NCBI GenBank assembly: GCA_030141605.1
Contig: JAQGDQ010002213.1
Location: 1-8,372 of the forward strand
DNA: 8,372 nucleotides
Reading direction: 5' to 3'
Source of the DNA: Tubiluchus corallicola
Taxonomy: Eukaryota; Animalia; Priapulida
Position numbers and translations under genes: made by a program. The notes under the pieces were generated by a model. It was not told where the DNA came from, did no database searches, and saw only the letters and a list, made by a program, of their open reading frames with translations. Positions 7,632-8,372 of the stretch are shown here, piece after piece (the stretch's first letter is position 1; the number at the start of each line of letters is the position of its first letter).

Positions 7632-8372
7632 CTTGTGTCCTAGTCTAAAATGAAGTACAGTGCAATGTTAATAATAATGTTTCCTGTGTGTCAGATCACA
7701 GAGGCAGCGCAAACGTCTTTTTCTTTACTTATCACTTCTTTGAGTGAATGTGTTCTGCCCTGTGCCTCACTACTTTTTTACCAAAGGAAGTATTCAAAAA
7801 TTAGGTATATGGTTTCTCTAGTTATTCTCTAGTTATGGCTCTTCGTGGTTCAAAATTTAGAAAGCATAAGCTAATATGCTTTGTCATGTTCACACAACAT
7901 GTGCTTCTGTAAAGGTAGAGAAGGCATAGAAAAAAAAGTTGCGTTTAAAAATGGTTGCAACGAAGAAAGACAAAAGGAAGCTATTACTTAATATTTAAAT
8001 ATTTCAAGAATTAAGAGCAGACACGACGAAATGATTTTTTTAAATTACAAGCAAATGACACCAACAATGTTTAGCGACCTGCTAGATAAAAGGAAAATTT
8101 CACCTGTCATACAAAAGAGTAATACCAACGTCAGTGCTCGAGGGTAAATTTCGTGCATATAATATAATAATTTTTGATATCCCACCTCTTTGGTTTGTCA
8201 ATTATTATAAGAACCAGAAGAAACTCTCTATAATCTTTCTATGAATTTCTACCTTCTGGTACTTGTGTATCTATAAATCTTATTATGAATTCCCTATTAC
8301 TTTCTAGGCACTCTGTATTCATTTCACCATGCAGCCACAAACATCAGTTTCTGCACCAATGTTAATTAGTTG
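7632..8372. repeat. Unit 7 (partial, A-like 5' half, truncated by window end)
   Basis: Has the ttctctagtta duplication. The segment ~8020-8372 matches unit 5 (~5430-5782). Confidence 0.95.
7835..8260 (+). pseudogene. Harbinger transposase 5' relic, copy 7
   Basis: Colinear with the other copies and carries the unit 5/6 central allele block. Confidence 0.75.

Larger units (their letters stand above)
1..8372. repeat. Tandem array (macrosatellite) of ~1.29 kb units, about 6.6 copies, open at both window ends
   Basis: The anchor ca(a/g)atcacagaggcagcgc occurs at 61, 1368, 2653, 3963, 5250, 6405 and 7692. All sequence between anchors aligns colinearly with only scattered substitutions and small indels. 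The ORF track repeats with the same periods. Confidence 0.99.

Noticed and set aside
7650-7832. 60 aa ORF MKYSAML...
   Set aside because: It is open in only one unit through private changes and has no family resemblance.
1-8372. Tandem RNA-gene cluster (miR-427/430-type, 5S, tRNA, snRNA) or histone repeat suggested by the ~1.3 kb period
   Set aside because: I saw no AAAGTGCT seed hairpin, Pol III A/B boxes, snRNA sequence or histone ORF on either strand. An Rfam search would be needed to exclude divergent RNAs.
1-8372. CRISPR array or prokaryotic system
   Set aside because: There are no short repeats with unique spacers and no long ORFs. The entire unit is repeated and the features are eukaryote-like.

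Overview
The whole window is one AT-rich, eukaryote-type tandem array (macrosatellite) of about 6.6 head-to-tail copies of a ~1.29 kb unit. Units start at about 1, 1308, 2593, 3903, 5190, 6345 and 7632, with periods of 1307, 1285, 1310, 1287, 1155 and 1287 bp. The array runs off both window ends. No intact gene is supported, and the ORF-track entries are just the same few short frames repeated. Reading across frameshifts on the + strand, each unit carries the decayed 5' ~420 bp of a PIF/Harbinger (HARBI1-like) transposase: MALRGSKFRKHKL...KWLQRRNTKGSYYQIFQELRAD / PNDFLNYKQMTPTMFSDLLDKMKISPVIQKS(K/N)T(Y/N)VR ... PEE.LSI..L..FLPSG. On the - strand there is a weaker MADF/Myb-SANT-like remnant, and candidate degenerate terminal inverted repeats flank both. 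The unit therefore looks like an internally deleted Harbinger derivative plus flanking DNA that was amplified in tandem. The copies show higher-order (dimer) structure, conversion-like mosaicism, one microhomology-associated deletion, many CpG transitions and a constant-length 261 bp GT-AG intron-like segment. All family assignments come from motif recognition by eye, not from a database search.
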